DNA of 64,000 bases, taken from Malacoraja senta. Taxonomy: Eukaryota. Where the stretch lies: assembly GCA_038087875.1 (NCBI GenBank), contig CM075997.1, positions 6,512,001-6,576,000 on the forward strand, in the 5' to 3' direction. The notes beneath the pieces are model-generated. The model made no database searches and was not told the origin of the DNA. It saw only the letters and a list, made by a program, of their open reading frames with translations. A program made the position numbers and the translations under genes. Positions 25,601 through 37,930 of this stretch are shown in pieces (the first letter of the stretch is position 1; each line of letters opens with the position of its first letter).

Positions 25601-28187
25601 ATTCTTAAAGTTGATAAAGATCCGGAAGATCCGGGATCATATAGAGCAATTGCACTTTTAAATACAGATCAGAAAATATTAACTAAAATACTAGCGCATA
25701 GATTAAGTACAGTGATGAATAAATTAATACACCCTGACCAAACAGGCTTTATTCAGAAACGGTACTCATATTATAATCTAAGAAGATTATTTAATATTAT
25801 TTATTCTAAGAGAATTATTAATGAAGATCTAGCAATAATCTCACTTGACCCTGAAAAAGCATTTGATCAGGTTGAATGGTCTTATTTATTTTCGGTGATG
25901 GAAAATATGCAGCTAGGGGAGAAATTCTGCACATGGATAAAACTGTTATATACAAACCCTACGGCTAGAATATTAACAAACCAAAGGTTGTCATCTAAAT
26001 TCAGCCTATCTAGAGGTTGTAGACAAGGATGCCCGTTATCTCCATTATTATTTGCGCTTGCTATTGAGCCACTCGCAGAAAGAGTTAGGGGTCATCCGGA
26101 AATACATGGGTATAACACAAAGGACACAGTGAATAAAATTTCTCTATACGCAGATGATGTACTAATTTACATTACAAAACCAGAAATTAGTATTCCAAAC
26201 TTATTAAAGCTAATAACCCAATTTGGTTCACTCTCAGGATACAGAATAAATTGGAATAAAAGTGAAATTATGCCAATAAGGGAACACAACAAACAGATAA
26301 TACAACAATTTCCATTTAAATAGTAAACGAAAAATCTAAATACCTAGGCATTTACGTAACTAAGATATATACATCATTATTTAAAGCAAATTTTCCCCCA
26401 TTACTGAACAAACTACATAAGAAAATTCAATATTGGAAAACACTTCCTATCTCAATGGTTGGCAAAATTAATGCCATAAAAATGATTTTTTTACCGCTAA
26501 TATTATACCTTTTTCAGACAATTCCGATATATTTGTCAAAAAACTTGTTAAAAAAATTGGATTCCATTGTTAATGATTTTATCTGGGATTATAAGAATCA
26601 TAGGATAAACAAAAGACATTTGTGTAAATCAAAAATAAATGGAGGCTTGGTTTACCTAACTTTCTGTTTTATTTTTGGGCAGTTAATATTAAAAACATGA
26701 ATTTCTGGTTGGAAGAAATAGATCAACAACCAGATTGGTTAAAAATGGAAAAGGAAGATTGTTTACCTTTTGATATCGGCTCGATATTATTTGCTACGTC
26801 TAAATTAAACAAAAAAATTTATAGGGAAAACCCTATAATATTTAGTGCTATACGAATTTGGAAACAATTAAAAAAGACATTAAAGTTAGATAATTTATCA
26901 CTTTTTCTTCCAATTGTGAATAACCCTTTGTTTAAGCCCTCATGGTTGGACAGGGGTTTTACACAATGGAAGAATTATGGAATTAAAAATATGGGACAAC
27001 TTTACAAGGAAGGCACTTTTCTGACATTTCAGGAGTTGCAACAGACTTATGGAGTCCGAGGAAATGATTTTTTCAGATATCTTCAACTCAGATTATGTAA
27101 AATCGAATACTCAAAATTTTCGAATTAGAAATTCAGAAATTCTTGACGAATGTTGGAATAAACATCCTAATACAGAAAAATTAATATCTTATATATATAA
27201 TATTTTATTAGACAGTGACATCCCATCGACGGACTTACACAGACAAACATGGGAAAAATAATTAAATCAAATAATAACGAAAGATACTTGGGAAGAAAGT
27301 TTACAACACATACATCAATGTTCATTAAATGCCAGACATTCTTTAATACAATTTAAAGTAATACATAGGTTACATTATTCAAAAACAAAATTACATAAAA
27401 TCTTTCAACATATCTCACCTATATGTGATAAATGTCAACATTTAGAAGCTGCCTTATCTCATATGTTTGCAGACTGTATAAAAATAAAAAATTCTGGGTA
27501 AATATTTTTAGTATAATATCTAAAGTGACCAGCACACAATTGGAACCGGATCCAAAATTAATAATACTCAGAACATTAGAATTAAATCAAACATTTACAA
27601 CAACACAAAGAAACTTTATTGATTATAGTATAATAACGGGAAAAAAATTAATTCTAAAATTTTGGAAAGGCCCTATAACCCCCACAATCAAAATGTGGAT
27701 TATAGAAATGACGGACCTTAAACGTGGAAAGAATCAGATTTTCCCTGTTGGACAAACAGGAATTATTCGTTGGAACATGGTCTCCCTTTATTGATTATTT
27801 AAAGGGTCAGAATGGTTCAGCACAGGAACCTGACTAACACTCGGGCTAAAGAATGGATGAAATGCTATACTCTGAAATGTACGAATATATCTCGAATGAA
27901 GTTTTTTATTTTAATAAATTTTTCCATTCTTCTTTAACTATCTTTTTCTTTTCTGTTTTTTTTTTTCTTTTTTTCTTTTTCTCTCTTTTCTTCTCTCTCT
28001 TTTCTTTCTTTACTTCATCTATCTTTTTAGTTCGATCTAGTTTAAAAAAAACAACAAAAAAAGGCAAAAGGTATTGGAGACAATGTAATAATAATTGACA
28101 ATATTATCAATTCAAAAATGTAAGACTGTAATGATGTTAATAGGTTGTGTACTTATCTCCAATAAAAAATATTTTCAAAAAAAAAAA
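25601..28187 (+). mobile_element. 5'-truncated L1 (subfamily 1, near-identical to 1210-3816) inserted in the Sushi 5' LTR; 17-bp TSD
   Basis: TSD AGGATTGAGCGAGGGTT at 25584-25600 and 28188-28204. A-tail at 28177-28188. RT ORF 25712-26323. Confidence 0.96.
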
Positions 28188-28558
28188 AGGATTGAGCGAG
28201 GGTTCCGAAGAGGGGCGGGCAGGCAGGTTCGAATCTGTGTAGGCAGTCGGGAAATCGCTGGAGAGTCTTGCATGAATGCTGAGAACAATCTGGCACTGTG
28301 TGAACGGTGAGGAGAGCCTATATACCGGATTAATTGGTGATCAGAGGCAACTGAGTGCCACAGGTGAGGAGAGTTGGGCTGATGAGACGGGGAGTGGCAG
28401 GCAGGCAGGAGAGGAGAAGGAGGGCCCGGTGGAAAAGTACTGGGAGGTGAAGTGGATGAGAATGAGGAGAGGGCAGACTGTGACAATTATGATTCGTGCA
28501 GGAAGGAGCTGCATATGCTTTTTTGCACAAAAGGCTGGAGTATCTCAGCACGTCAGGT

Positions 28559-28805
28559 GTCAAGAGTGTTTTATTGTCATATGTCCCGGATGGGACAATG
28601 AATTTCTTACTTGGTGCAGTGCAACAGTATGTATGAATATGTAAACAAATTACAGAGCTTATTCGTTGTTGTGTTCAATAGCTGATGGCTGTAGGGAAGC
28701 AGCTGTTCCTAAACCTTGACTTTACAGTTTTCAGGCTCCTGTACCTTCTTCCTGATGGCAATGGTGAGATGAGTGTGTGGCCAGGACGGTGTGGGTCCTT
28801 GATGA
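28559..28805 (-). mobile_element. Rex1/Babar LINE 3' end
   Basis: Minus translation IKDPHRPGH..PLPSGRRYRS..RFRNSCFPTAI; tail gacaataaaacactcttgac. Confidence 0.75.
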
Positions 28806-29365
28806 CAAAGGAGGTCATCGTTGACTTCAGGAGAAACCAACACAGTCATACATCACTACACATATTAATGACATTGATGTGGAGTTGGTCAGTAGCACTA
28901 AGTTCCTGGGGGTGCAGATCACGAACAGTCTGACCTGGTCACAAAACATTGCATCACTAGTTAAGAGAGCGTAGCAGCGTTTGCACTTTCTGCGCCGGAT
29001 GAGAAGAGCTCACCTCCCCCATCCCGTCCTCACCACTTTCTACAGGGGCACCATAGAGAGCATTTTGACCAGCTGCATCTTTGTCTGGTTTGGGGACTGC
29101 AAAGCCTCCGACTGGAAGTCCGTGCAGAGAGTGGTGAGGACGGCTGAAAAAATCATTGGGACTTCTCTTCCTTCAATCCGGGACATTGCGTGCAAACGTT
29201 GCTTGTCCAAGGCCAAGAGCATTATAAAAGACCCCACACATCTCCATCATGGACTGTTCACTCTGCTGCCCTCGGGCAAAAGGTATCGCAGTATAAGGAG
29301 CAGAACGGCCAGGTTCTGCAACAGCTTCTTCCCCCGAGCCATCAGAATCTTGAATTCCATATAAT
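28806..29365 (+). mobile_element. Rex1/Babar LINE RT C-terminal fragment (different subfamily)
   Basis: KEVIVDFRR, FYRGTIESILTSCI.VWFG, LLPSGKRYRS, NSFFPRAIR. Confidence 0.85.
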
Positions 29366-29370
29366 GTGTA

Positions 29371-30802
29371 GGTATGTTACAAAACTTACCTTCAGTCGCG
29401 CTGTAATTCTGCCACTGGCCGTGTGCGCGATTTTGGCGCCTTTAAGGGGGGGCGGGGTTAAAGCGCGGGTTTCTCTTCCCTTGTCCTGAATTATACTTGG
29501 TTGGAGTACCAGTTTCTGTGGAAGAAGCGTTCCGAGTGCCGTTTAGCGTAGTTTGTTTTACAAATCTCCCAACAAGTTCAGCGTTGGAATCATTTTAAAA
29601 TCATCTTCTGAAGCGTCAACGCCAACAACGGGGATGGATTTCACACAAGGGAAAGGTAAACGAAAGTGCTTTATTTTAATGTATAAAAGTGCTTCTTAAG
29701 AAGCCTTTAATTCACATTTTTTCATGCGACACGGTGATTTTACTCCCCGAATTAACGGCAGTATTTTTCATGCCAATACGGGGTTAAATTCACCGCAAAT
29801 GAAAGTTCCAAAAGATCGCGTTCCAGAAAACCTCACTCGCAAGATGAATTAAATCCCCATTAATTTACAGGTATTAAACATTCAATTCCTTCCATTTGGC
29901 CTGTAAATTCATGAAAATTAGATTTAAAAATTATGTTGTATTGTGAATTATTGTGTGAATGTTATTTGGACACATAGGCTATTTAAAAATGTTAATCTAT
30001 TCTTAAGAAATTGATAGATTTTCAGTTATTATAGATTGAAGCATTCTGAAACAAATATGAAACAATCTTACTTCGAAGACATGAAAGTAAAGCATATAAT
30101 TAGTTAGTTACCTAATTGTAGCTAATTACAAAATTCAATTACTAGATCTAAACATCTATCAATTTCTTAAGAATAGATTAACATTTTTAAATAGCCTAAG
30201 TGTCCAAATAACATTCACACAATAATTCACAATATAACATAATTTTTAAATCTAATTTTCATGAATTTACAGGCCAAATGGAAGGAATTGAATGTTTAAT
30301 ACCTTGTAAATTAATGGGAATTTATATCATCTTGCGAATGGGGATTTCTGGAACGCGATTATTTGGAACGTTCATTTGCGGTGAATTTAACCCCGTATTG
30401 GCATGAAAAATACTGCCGTTAATTCGGGGGGAAAAATCACGTGTCGCATGTAAAAATGTGAATTAAAGGCTTCTTAAGCAGAACGTTTATACATTAAAAT
30501 AAAGCACATTCGTTTACCTTTCCCTTGTGTGAAATCCGTCCCCGTTGTTGGCGTTGACGCTTCAGAAGATGATTTTAAAATGATTCCAACGCTGAACTTG
30601 TTGGGAGATTTTTTAAACAAACTACGCAAAACGGCACCCGGAACGATTCTTTCACAGAGGCTGGTACTCCAACAAAATATAATTCAGGACAAGGGAGGAG
30701 AAACCCGCGCTTTAACCCCGCCCCCCCTTAAAGGCGCCAAAATCGTGCACACGGACAGTGGCAGAATTACAGCGCCGCTGAAGGTAAGTATTGTAACATA
30801 CC
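29371..30802. mobile_element. Foldback/palindromic non-autonomous DNA element: ~650-bp inverted arms, ~135-bp spacer, flanked by TA
   Basis: Arm 29371-30019 (GGTATGTTACAA...) is the reverse complement of 30154-30802 (...TTGTAACATACC). TA at 29369-29370 and 30803-30804. Confidence 0.9.
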
Positions 30803-30804
30803 TA

Positions 30805-33800
30805 AGATGAGCTTTATATCCGCGGGTCTCCTCGGGGGCCCGTGGCAGCAGCACCTGTAGAAGGGCTGCATAATGTCTCCCTCTTGGAGAAGGAGAGTAC
30901 ACCGAGTCAGTTTTGTTCTGACTCCGAGGTCGGGGGTATAGCTGGTGAGCATGCCTCCAGGCAACAAGGCCAGGAATCAGGGGTGCCAAGCATGGCATCT
31001 AAATTTGCCATACTAGCCGGATCTGGGGACCACTGGATGAGGATCTGGCCATGACCATAAATTATATGGTCTCACATCAATTACAAGACCTCACGATGGA
31101 GGAAACCTCCAAAAAATACCAGACACCGGCCAATTGTACATCACTCAAGGTCCCAGCTGTGAACCACCCAATCTGGAGTCACATGGGAGCGGGAATGAGA
31201 GCCCAAGAACTGAGGCTCCAAAAGATTCTTAAGCTGCTTGCTTCAGGAATTACAGCATTTGCCAGATCGGTTGATGGTGCGGCTCTGTCTGAAGTACAGC
31301 AGGATGCTCTTGCCCTCATGTGCAATGCACATTTCGTGATTTACTGTCTGAGGAAGAGTGCAATCCGCCCTACGCTGAATCCAAAGTTTGCAGCTCTATG
31401 CAAAACAAGCAACGTGCAGCCGCCGAATTTGCTGTTCGGTGACGACCTGTCGAAACAGGTCTGAGATTTGGATGATGAGGCAAAAACGGTTGGCCTCATA
31501 AGAGCACAACCGGCTAGCAAAAATCCTCCCCGGTGGCAGCACCCCTACAAGCGGTCCGCTGAATCGGCTTCAGGCCAAGGACCAAGCCGGACCTTGCCAA
31601 CTATGCGCAATTCGCACACGCCAACATTCTCCTCCAGAACACGGGGGCAGAAGTTCATTCCACCAACCATGGAGGTAGGTGGCCAGTTACAAATTGGTGG
31701 GAGGTTACATTTGTTTTTCAATCAGTGGTGTTGTATAACATCAGACTCGTTTATACTGCACAGTATACTAGGGTTCCAAATTGAATTCATTTTCAAATTA
31801 AGCCCACCTACACAGCATACACCTAGCCGGACGTTGTCTTTTCACAACAAGAGTCCTTAGATGTACAAACTGAAATTAAAACACTAGCTAAAAAAGGGGT
31901 AATTGAGAAGTCTGTTCATCAATCTCACCAGTTTGTGTCTAATATATTCCCTGGACAGAAGAAGGATGGTGGGTGTCGAATCATTCTTGATCTAACTCGG
32001 CTTAACTCCTATGTGCAGTATAAACATTTCAAAATAGAAACTTTTGTTACTGCCAAACAGTTGTTTTCAAAAGGATGCTACATGGCATGCATAGACCTCA
32101 AAGATGCATACTATTCAGTACCCATTCATTACAATCATCGGAGATATTTGAAATTTAGCTGGATGAAGCAATTGTGGCAGTTTGAAGCATTGCCTAATGG
32201 TTTAACTTCGGCTCCTAGATTATTTACAAAATTGTTAAAACCGGTGTTGGGCCTACTCCGGGCTCAGAATCATATTGTAATGGCCTATTTGGATGATATC
32301 CTAATCATAGGCAAGACTCAGAAATCAGCTGAATTTTCTGTTTCATCTACCAAACTCATGTTTTAAAGTTTGGGGTTTCTCATCCATCCAGTTAAATCCA
32401 AATTGATCCCATCTAGAGTCATTGATTATTTGGGGTTCACCATTAATTCAACTCGCATGTCTGTGACTCTGCCTCCAGGCAAGAGGTCAGAGTTACTAGA
32501 AGCCTGTAACAAGCTCGTTGATGAGCAACAATCTTCTATTCGGCAGGTTGCTAGTATAATTGGCAAATTAGTGGCTGCTTTTCCAGCCGCACAGTTTGGG
32601 CCTCTGCATTATCAAAATTTGCAACGTGCAAAGGAGCACGCACTCAAAAGGCATGCAGGTCATTTTGATAGACCTATGCAGTTACCAGCTGAAGCCGTTG
32701 CTGAGTTACAATAGTGGATAGCAAATATTTGGCTTTGCTCCAGCAAAATTCGGATTGACAGACATTCAGTTGTTTTACAAACTGATGTTAGTGCTCTTGG
32801 ATGGGGAGCTACTGATACCATCTCCAGCTGTGGTGGCAGATGGAATATGCATGAGGCATTACTTCTTCAATCACATGGTATTAACTATTTAGAGTTGTTG
32901 GGAGCACTCTATGGCCTAAAGGCGTATTGTACTAATATGCATGATTTGCATGTGCAGCTTCAGATTGACAACACTACAGCGGTAGCATACATTAATCACA
33001 TGGGTGGAATCAAATCAGTATCATGTGATAAGTTGGCTAACCTTATTTGGCACTGGTGTATTACAAGAAACATCTGGATTTCAGCTATCTACTTACCAGG
33101 TAGATTTAACATGGTGGCAGACACCAGATCATGAAAATTCAATAACACAGAATGGATGTTGAATCGGGAAATATTCAATGATATTGTCACTCGGTATGGT
33201 GTACTAGAGATTGATCTGTTTGCATCCAGATTGAATCACCAGTTACCAAAGTATGTTTCATGGGGACCAGACCCAGGGGCAGTAGCGGTAGATGCATTCT
33301 CGCTACACTGGGGTGGAATGTTTTTATATGCATTTCCCCCATTTTGCCTCATCAGTCGGTGCTTGCTTAAGATCGAGCAGGACTCCGCCTCAGGCATTTT
33401 GGTAGTCCCCGACTGGCCTACACAACCATGGTTTCCACTAATTCTAAGATTAAAAAAACACAGCCTTTTATGGCTATCTCCAAAAGCAGTAACCTGCTGG
33501 TTCATCCTGTAACTGGGGAAAATCATCCGCTACATGACCATATTATTCTGTTAATTTGCAGATTCTGAGGAGACCGTTCCTGGGGCTCGGACTATCAGGG
33601 CGTACGGTGGATGTGATTACTGCGGCCTGGAGGGATAGTACTTAAAACCAATACGTTTCTCATATCAAGAAATGGGAGATGTTCTGCTTGCAGTCGAACA
33701 TTTCATATCACACGGCAAGCGTGCCTGACGTGTTGGAATTTCTTGCCACGTTATATTTTGATGAGCGACTAAGCTATAGTGCCATCAATATTGCCAGGAG

Positions 33801-35022
33801 TGCCTTATCGTCCGACCTGTGGCAAGGATCGGGACTAGGTCCTATTGGGTCTCACCCTTTAATATCTCGGTTCATGAAGGGTGTTTTTAACTGCAATCCC
33901 CCCAGGCCCAGATACACAGAAATCTGGAATGTGAGCGTGGTTCTCGCGCTGCTTCGCCAATGGGCTCCAGCAACATCTGTCATTGCCCAGACTCACTCTT
34001 AAAGTGGTTATGCTCATGGCGCTGGTTTCAGCGCAACGCGTCCAGACATTACAGAAGCTTCGTCTAGACAGGATGGTTTCATCTGTAAACAACATAACCT
34101 TTTATGTTTATGATTTACTTAAGCAGAGCAGGCCAGGGACGTCAGGGCTTAAACTTAATTTTATGGCATACCCCATAGACCTTCGGCTATGTGTAGTTAC
34201 GTACTTACAGCAGTATATCAAGGTCACCAAAAGCCTCAGAGGCTCCAAATTGGCGATATTCATCAGTCACAAAAAGACTCATAAAAAGGTGTCGGTACAG
34301 ACCACCTCAAAATGGCTGAAACAGGTTCTGGCTTGTGCCGGAGTGGACACTGATGTCTTTAAATCTCATTCCACCAGGGCGGCATCAACGAGGGCACAGG
34401 ACGTCCCTCTCGACCAAATCCTCGCAGCCGCAGGATGGTCCAGTGAATTGACGTTTGAAAGGATTTATCATACGGGGGTATTTGGGCACACCATTCTAAA
34501 TTCTGTTTTGTAGCTTCCCCCTGGGACAGAGGGGTCGCTATTATTTTCCTTTTTGTTAAATAAAGCATCAGCATGTTTAATTCTGTATTATGTTTGAATG
34601 CTTTATTTGTTATGACTCATCCTGTGTCAACCGAGGCAGTGTGTCGCATGGACTCGTATCCACGGCATGAAATCAGAGCTGTGAAGTCTTCATGGAATCA
34701 CTCACGTGACTCCGAAGTAAAATAGTAAGATTAAACGAGAACTTACCAGTTTGAAGTTTGATCTTTATTTTATGAGGAATTACGATGAGCGATTACGTGC
34801 CCACCGCTCCCAACCCTCATATCACAAAGATCGTCTGGTAGATCTAGGTTTCTGATCTTACTATGTTACTTCAATTACTGTTTCCTGTGATTTCACACTG
34901 CTGCTTTGAAGATTGACGAGCATGCGGACTGGCGGGACTTCTTCACGTAATCGCTCATCGTAACACCTCATAAAATAAAGATCAAACTTCAAACTGGTAA
35001 GTTCTCGTTTAATCTTACTATT
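30805..35022 (+). mobile_element. DIRS1-type retrotransposon lacking its left end (gag tail, RT, RNase H, MT-like domain, tyrosine recombinase, ICR, right ITR)
   Basis: IDLKDAYY, LPNGLTSAPR, YLDD, INYLEL, IDNTTAV, DLFAS/YAFPPF and SHSTRAAS..AAAGWSS. ICR AATAGTAAGATTAAACGAGAAC at 34721 is complementary to the terminus ending at 35022. Confidence 0.93.
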
Positions 35023-35322
35023 CCTCTTCCAAGCAGGCTCTACATCCAGTTGTTCAGGTCATCGTGGATTCCATGTGATTGAACCTTCCGGACTAGCCTC
35101 TCCTGCGGGAGCTTGTCAAAGATCTTGCTAAAGTCCATATCAGGGCCGGATTTACGTATAAGCTGGACAAGCTTAATCTTAGGGCCTCGAGATCTAGGGG
35201 GACCTCGCAGAGCCGGATTCACCACTAGGCTTCATAGACTGAAGGCTAGGGCCTCGAAATCTAGGGCGGCTCCGGCCAAGGCAGGACACCTGTCGTTCAA
35301 ATCTGGGCGGCCCTCCTCTCTA

Positions 35323-35353
<31 letters not shown>

Positions 35354-37930
35354 GTCTCCCCCCGCCATGCGTGTCCGGGCCGCAGGGCTCCGCTCTCCGC
35401 TCGCTCCTCATCCGCCGGCACGGTAGGCCGCCTTGCACATGCGCACTGCACGTCCTCCCCCTGCACATGCGCACTGCACGTCCCCCCCCTGCACACATCA
35501 TCGGCCGCCCTGCGCATGCGCACTGACACGGCAACTGGTCGGTGTTGGGCACTTTCTCCCTCGCTTTGAATTGTGGGAGATCTGGCCGCCATTGCTGTCC
35601 GGTCGCTGCCTCGCCGCCAGCGCTGAAAACCAACGCAGAATCACTCCCTGACCCTGGATCAGGAGCAACTCCCTGGAGTAACTCTTGCTTCTGGTTTACT
35701 GGTCCTCCATAAATATTCTAAATGGAATTTAAACTGGAGGTGGTAGAGGACTGAACAATAACAGCCATTGCATTTTATCTGTTTATTTATTGTGTATATA
35801 TATGGTCTATGGTATATAAACACACTGAACTTTTATCTCGACTTTTCTTGTCGTATCCCCCTTCTCTGCCTCCGTCTGCGCTGAGGCCTAATGGCGGAGC
35901 TGCCGGCCTCCAACTCCAACTGCGAGCGACCGACCGACCTCGAGGCTCCGGAGGCAGAGCCAGGACTTACCAGCGCGGGGCTGGCCTGCTTCGGGGCTGC
36001 GGTGGCGTTCCGGCGGTGGCGACCAAAGACACTGGGGGCGACCTGAATCCGGGGCTCGGCCGCAGCTGGCCCAGTGGACATCTTCGGGAGCGCGCAGGTC
36101 ACAGGTTGGTGACCTGTTTTTCTGGGGCTCCCGCAACTGCAGCTGCGTCCGCTGGACTGGAGGGCGGCAGCTTCGGCAGCCTCGGCCAACCCGCGCCGCG
36201 GAGTTTGAACCGGCCCGTCGCGGACGGAGCACGGATTCAGCCGCGGGATTGCCTTACTTACCATCACCCGGTGGGGTCACAACATCAGAAGCCTGGATCA
36301 CCTCAGCGCAGAGGGAGAACAAGGAGGGAAGAGACAGAGACTTTAAGACTTTTGCCTCCATCACAGTGAGGAGGTGCCTGGTGAACTCACTGTGGTGGAT
36401 GTTAATTTGTGTTTATTGTGTGTTTTGTTATTTATTATTATATGTATGACTGCAGGCAACGAAATTTCGTTCAGACCGAAAGGTCTGAATGACAAATAAA
36501 GGAATCTCTAATCTCTAATCTCTAATCTCCTGTTCTGTATTATGTTTACATATTCTGTTATGCTGCAGCAAGCAAGAATTTTATTGTCCTATCTGGGACA
36601 CATGACAATAAAACTCTCTTGACTCTCAACTTGGACTTAAGCAAAAAAGGGTTCTTGGGGGAAAAAAGAGGTACCTTAAATTTAGTTGCGTCTGGTTGGG
36701 TAACTATGGTAGAGTGAAGACTATTCCATGCTTTAATTGTGCGGGGGAACTCCATGGAGCAGCCAGCAACTCAGGATAGAAGAAATTGGGTGATGTTTCG
36801 GGTAGAGACCCTTCTTTAGACACCCTCTGGTTTTAGTGTCTTTAGTTTAATTTAAAGATACAGCGTGGAAACAGGCCCTTCAGCCCACTGAGTCCACGCC
36901 GACCACTGATCACCCGTACACTAGTTCTTTCCCACACAGTAGCGGAGTAAGTCAGGAGTCAAGAGTGTTTTATTCTCTCACGTCCCAGTTAGAATAATGA
37001 AATCCTTACTTGCAGCAGCACAACAGAATATGTAAACATAGTACTCTTTAATGTTATAAACGAGAAAACAAAACGGTGTATATTTATATATGAATATATA
37101 ACTATATAAATATATATATGTGTGTGTGTGTGTGTGTGTATAATATATATACCCACACACACACACAATTTCCCTCCTGGGATTAATATAGTTCTATAGT
37201 ATAGTATCGTGTGTGTATGAAGGAAGTGCAGATGCTGGTTTAAACTGAAGATCGACACAAAAAGCTGGAGTAACTCAACAGGTCAGACAGAATCTCTGGA
37301 CAAAAGGAAAATATTACGTTTTGGGTTGGGTCTGTAATAGGTTCCTGCACACCTTTGGAATGTGGAAGGAAGCAAGAGCACACGGAGAAAACCCATGTGA
37401 TCAAAGGGAAAAGGAGCAAACTCCATACAGACAGCACTCATATTCAGGATCAATTCCGGGTCTCTGGCACTTTTAGGCAGTAACTTTATGGCCAATGTAC
37501 AGCCCCATTGTCTTGAACTTAATTAAAACGACAAGTATGGCAATGGGGGTGACATGAAAAAGAAAGGAAGAGGCGGAGACAGTAGCCTGTGGGAGAGCTG
37601 GGAATGGGAGGGGAAGGAGGGAGCAAGCAAGGGTTAACTGAAATTAGAAAACCAATGTGCATACCGCTGGGGTGTAAACTACCCAAGCAAATATGAGCAG
37701 GAGGCCCAGGACAGAAAAGTCGGATTCGGAATGGGAAGGGTAGTTGAAGTGTTTTGAGCCACCGGGAGATCAGGTTGGTTATTGCGAACTGAGTGGAGGT
37801 GTTGTGCGAAGCGATCACCAAGCCTGCGCTTGGTCTCACCGAGGCTGATCATATGCTGAATAATCCAACCACATTTTTGTTTGGAAGTGGAAAGAAATAG
37901 AAATTGCATTCATTGCAACATGTAAAAAGA

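Larger units (their letters stand above)
20568..28485 (-). mobile_element. Full-length Sushi-like Gypsy chromovirus (gag-pol frameshifted), 5-bp TSD ATTAT
   Basis: 3' LTR at 20568-20975; 5' LTR at 25466-25600 plus 28188-28485; TG..CA ends. TSD at 20563-20567 and 28486-28490. PPT GAGGGGGG lies next to the 3' LTR. Gag with CLYCGLAGHYISKC, protease FIDSGC, RT YLDD, RNase H, integrase GPF, chromodomain [15 protein letters not shown]. Confidence 0.97.

Noticed and set aside
20568..28485. Possible domesticated PEG10/RTL1-like gene
   Set aside because: Both LTRs and the TSD are present and gag-pol has multiple frameshifts, so it is an ordinary dead insertion.
33156..34513. Phage-like methyltransferase plus integrase suggesting a prokaryotic island
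   Set aside because: These are the standard MT-like and tyrosine-recombinase domains of DIRS1 elements, within DIRS termini.
35420..35530. Short repeats TGCACATGCGCACTGCACGTCC (CRISPR-like or NRF1 cluster)
   Set aside because: Only 2-3 imperfect tandem units with no unique spacers, inside a hAT element; the NRF1-like match has no supporting evidence.
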